Source: Chiloscyllium plagiosum (taxonomy: Eukaryota). From it: a stretch of DNA of 63,870 bases. The translations under genes and the position numbers were made by a program. The first letter of the stretch is position 1; each line of letters starts with the position of its first letter. Under the pieces are notes generated by a model. The model saw nothing but the letters and a program-made list of their open reading frames with translations. It made no database searches and was not told the DNA's origin. Location of the stretch: contig NC_057759.1 in NCBI RefSeq assembly GCF_004010195.1, positions 4,206,431 through 4,270,300 on the forward strand, in the 5' to 3' direction. Of this stretch, positions 63,445-63,870 are shown in pieces.

Positions 63445-63682
63445 ACATAGAATTTCTCCAGTGCAGATAGAGGTCATTCGGCCCATCGGCCTGCAACAAC
63501 TTGCCAAAGTGCATTCCACCTGGATATAGACTACACCCTCCCACCCATAACCACATCTTTGCCATAGTTAACCCACCTAGTCTGAACATTGCTAAATATT
63601 ACAGGGCAATTTAGCATGGCTAATCCAACTAACCTGCACATGTTTGGACTGTGGAAGGAAACTAGAGCACCCAGAGGAAACT
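63445..63682 (-). mobile_element. Older V-SINE (HE1-related) fragment
   Basis: GGGCAATTTAGCATGGCTAATCCA..ACCTGCACA..TTTGGACTGTGG..GAGCACCCAGAGGAAAC. Confidence 0.75.
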
Positions 63683-63870
63683 GTTTTGAAGATGTGGATG
63701 TACTGTACCTTTAAGAAAGTTACTAGCCAATCGAACTATCGGACATCACCAAGTGTTCCGAAAAAAAAGTAACATTTGGTCGAACAACCCAAGTAGCTGT
63801 TTGCCTGGAGACAAAAACATTTGAATTCAACCAATTAGTTTAAATTAAATACAGAAAATATCAAATTCCA

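Noticed and set aside
63690..63870. Possible start of another LTR
   Set aside because: Truncated by the window end; no second copy or PBS to confirm

Overview
Repeat-rich vertebrate genomic DNA. HE1-type and SacSINE-type SINEs plus CR1 and Penelope families point to a cartilaginous fish (shark); the taxon is inferred. The window is dominated by nested, decayed retroelements, including a complete but defective class I endogenous retrovirus (30837-39857; tRNA-Pro PBS, gag-TAG-pol, env) inserted into a Penelope element. Host genes: (1) an open histone H1 ORF whose 3' stem-loop is half deleted and which is followed by two AATAAA signals; (2) two Kruppel C2H2 zinc-finger pseudogenes; (3) a decayed Ig-domain plus transmembrane (FcR-like) receptor gene; (4) two diverged, stop-containing paralogs of an unidentified multi-exon gene (about 7.5-9.8 kb and 52.5-63.1 kb, both minus strand), detected by hand alignment. 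Many short fold-back Penelope derivatives carry minimal hammerhead ribozymes, several with 11-15 bp target-site duplications. All alignments and counts were done by eye; no database searches were run.
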